DNA of 64,000 nt from Felis catus (taxonomy: Eukaryota): positions 53,260,001 to 53,324,000 of the forward strand of contig NC_058368.1 in assembly GCF_018350175.1 (NCBI RefSeq), read 5' to 3'. Numbering within the stretch: the first letter of the stretch is position 1; the number at the start of each line of letters is the position of its first letter. A program made the translations under genes and the position numbers. Below the pieces are notes generated by a model. That model was not told the DNA's origin. It was given only the letters and a program-made list of their open reading frames with translations, and did no database searches. Positions 63,233 to 64,000 of the stretch are shown piece by piece.

Positions 63233-63525
63233 CTAGAGAAAGATATCAAAATATCACTAGTATACTTACTGTTTATTGTTCTGATAAACAGATATTCCAG
63301 AGGAGACAAATGGTTGTGGATGCAGAAGCTTGGCAATAACAATTAAATGCAAAGTTTTGGTATGCAAAAGTTAACTATGTATGTAAGTTCCTAAGACCAA
63401 TCAAGAGAACCTTTTGTCCCCCTTCCCAAATTAATATTTACTGCTATACAATGAAAAATAAAAGTTCAGTGGCAGCCAACATACACTTTTCTTTTAGCTC
63501 TATTTTGTGATAACCCTTAAAAAAT

Positions 63526-63552
<27 letters not shown>
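63526..63552. repeat. (CA)n microsatellite; (UG)n on RBM26 pre-mRNA
   Basis: About 13 units, about 50 nt downstream of an exon donor. Confidence 0.9.
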
Positions 63553-63556
<4 letters not shown>

Positions 63557-63600
63557 AGCTTTCCTACATGCAAATTTTGTACACTGCTAACTGTATTTAC

Positions 63601-63726
63601 CTGTTTTTTTTTCTGTGCTTCATTATTATCAACTGCAGAGGTGGAAACAAGTAAGGTTTTCTGTGCAGCCTTCAAAGCAGCTGGATTATATACTGTTTTA
63701 GTTAGGCCAGTAGATGTAGACAACAC
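63601..63726 (-). CDS. RBM26: RBM26 coding exon (first in window), VLSTSTGLTK...EAQKKKQ, 126 nt
   Basis: Translation matches my recollection of the RBM26 C-terminal half; flanked by TAG acceptor (63729-63727) and GTAAAT donor; phase 0/0. Upstream exons lie outside the window. Confidence 0.96.
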
Positions 63727-64000
63727 CTACCAATACAAATTCAGTTTCTTAAAAAATGTACCAAGCATTCATGATTACCTATCTTGTTTTCTATAAAACT
63801 CAATTTTAAAACACTTTTGTCAAAATTCAGTACATTGAAATAAATGTATTATATACATATAATAACTAAAGCACATTTAGTGATTTGAAAGGAAGGGTAT
63901 GAATGAGGCTTAAACTATAAAATAAAAAAATTAACAAAATATACCTATAGAAAAAAAAGAACATACAAAAACTTCAAATCAAGAAAAAAACACTGACGTG

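Noticed and set aside
1..64000. CRISPR array, operon, phage or other prokaryotic system
   Set aside because: No regularly spaced repeats and no long ORFs; the sequence is mammalian intron/intergenic DNA.

Overview
Eukaryotic, AT-rich mammalian DNA from a felid (probably cat), judged by 16 feline-type CAN-SINE (SINEC) copies. The right third holds the 3' part of RBM26 on the minus strand: eight coding exons (63726 down to stop TGA at 43883-43885, 321 codons) encoding the coiled coil, RG-rich segment, second RRM and acidic tail ending SRSWRR. The rest of the gene lies beyond the window end. Downstream of the stop is a long region free of young SINEs (about 35.1-43.9 kb). It contains several poly(A) signals, A-rich tracts, a consensus 5' splice site, a stop-containing mini-exon candidate (42072-42130) and a candidate alternative last exon (acceptor 38341/38338, encoding QREIIIA*/REIIIA*). 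Together these suggest a regulated alternative 3'-end switch for RBM26, which is the most interesting structure I found. The left half (1-33 kb) is intergenic, with SINEC, L1, L2, MIR, LTR and DNA-transposon relics and several homeodomain-motif-rich blocks that look like enhancers. No prokaryotic system, CRISPR array or RNA gene is supported. Repeat family names and boundaries were recognised by eye and are approximate.
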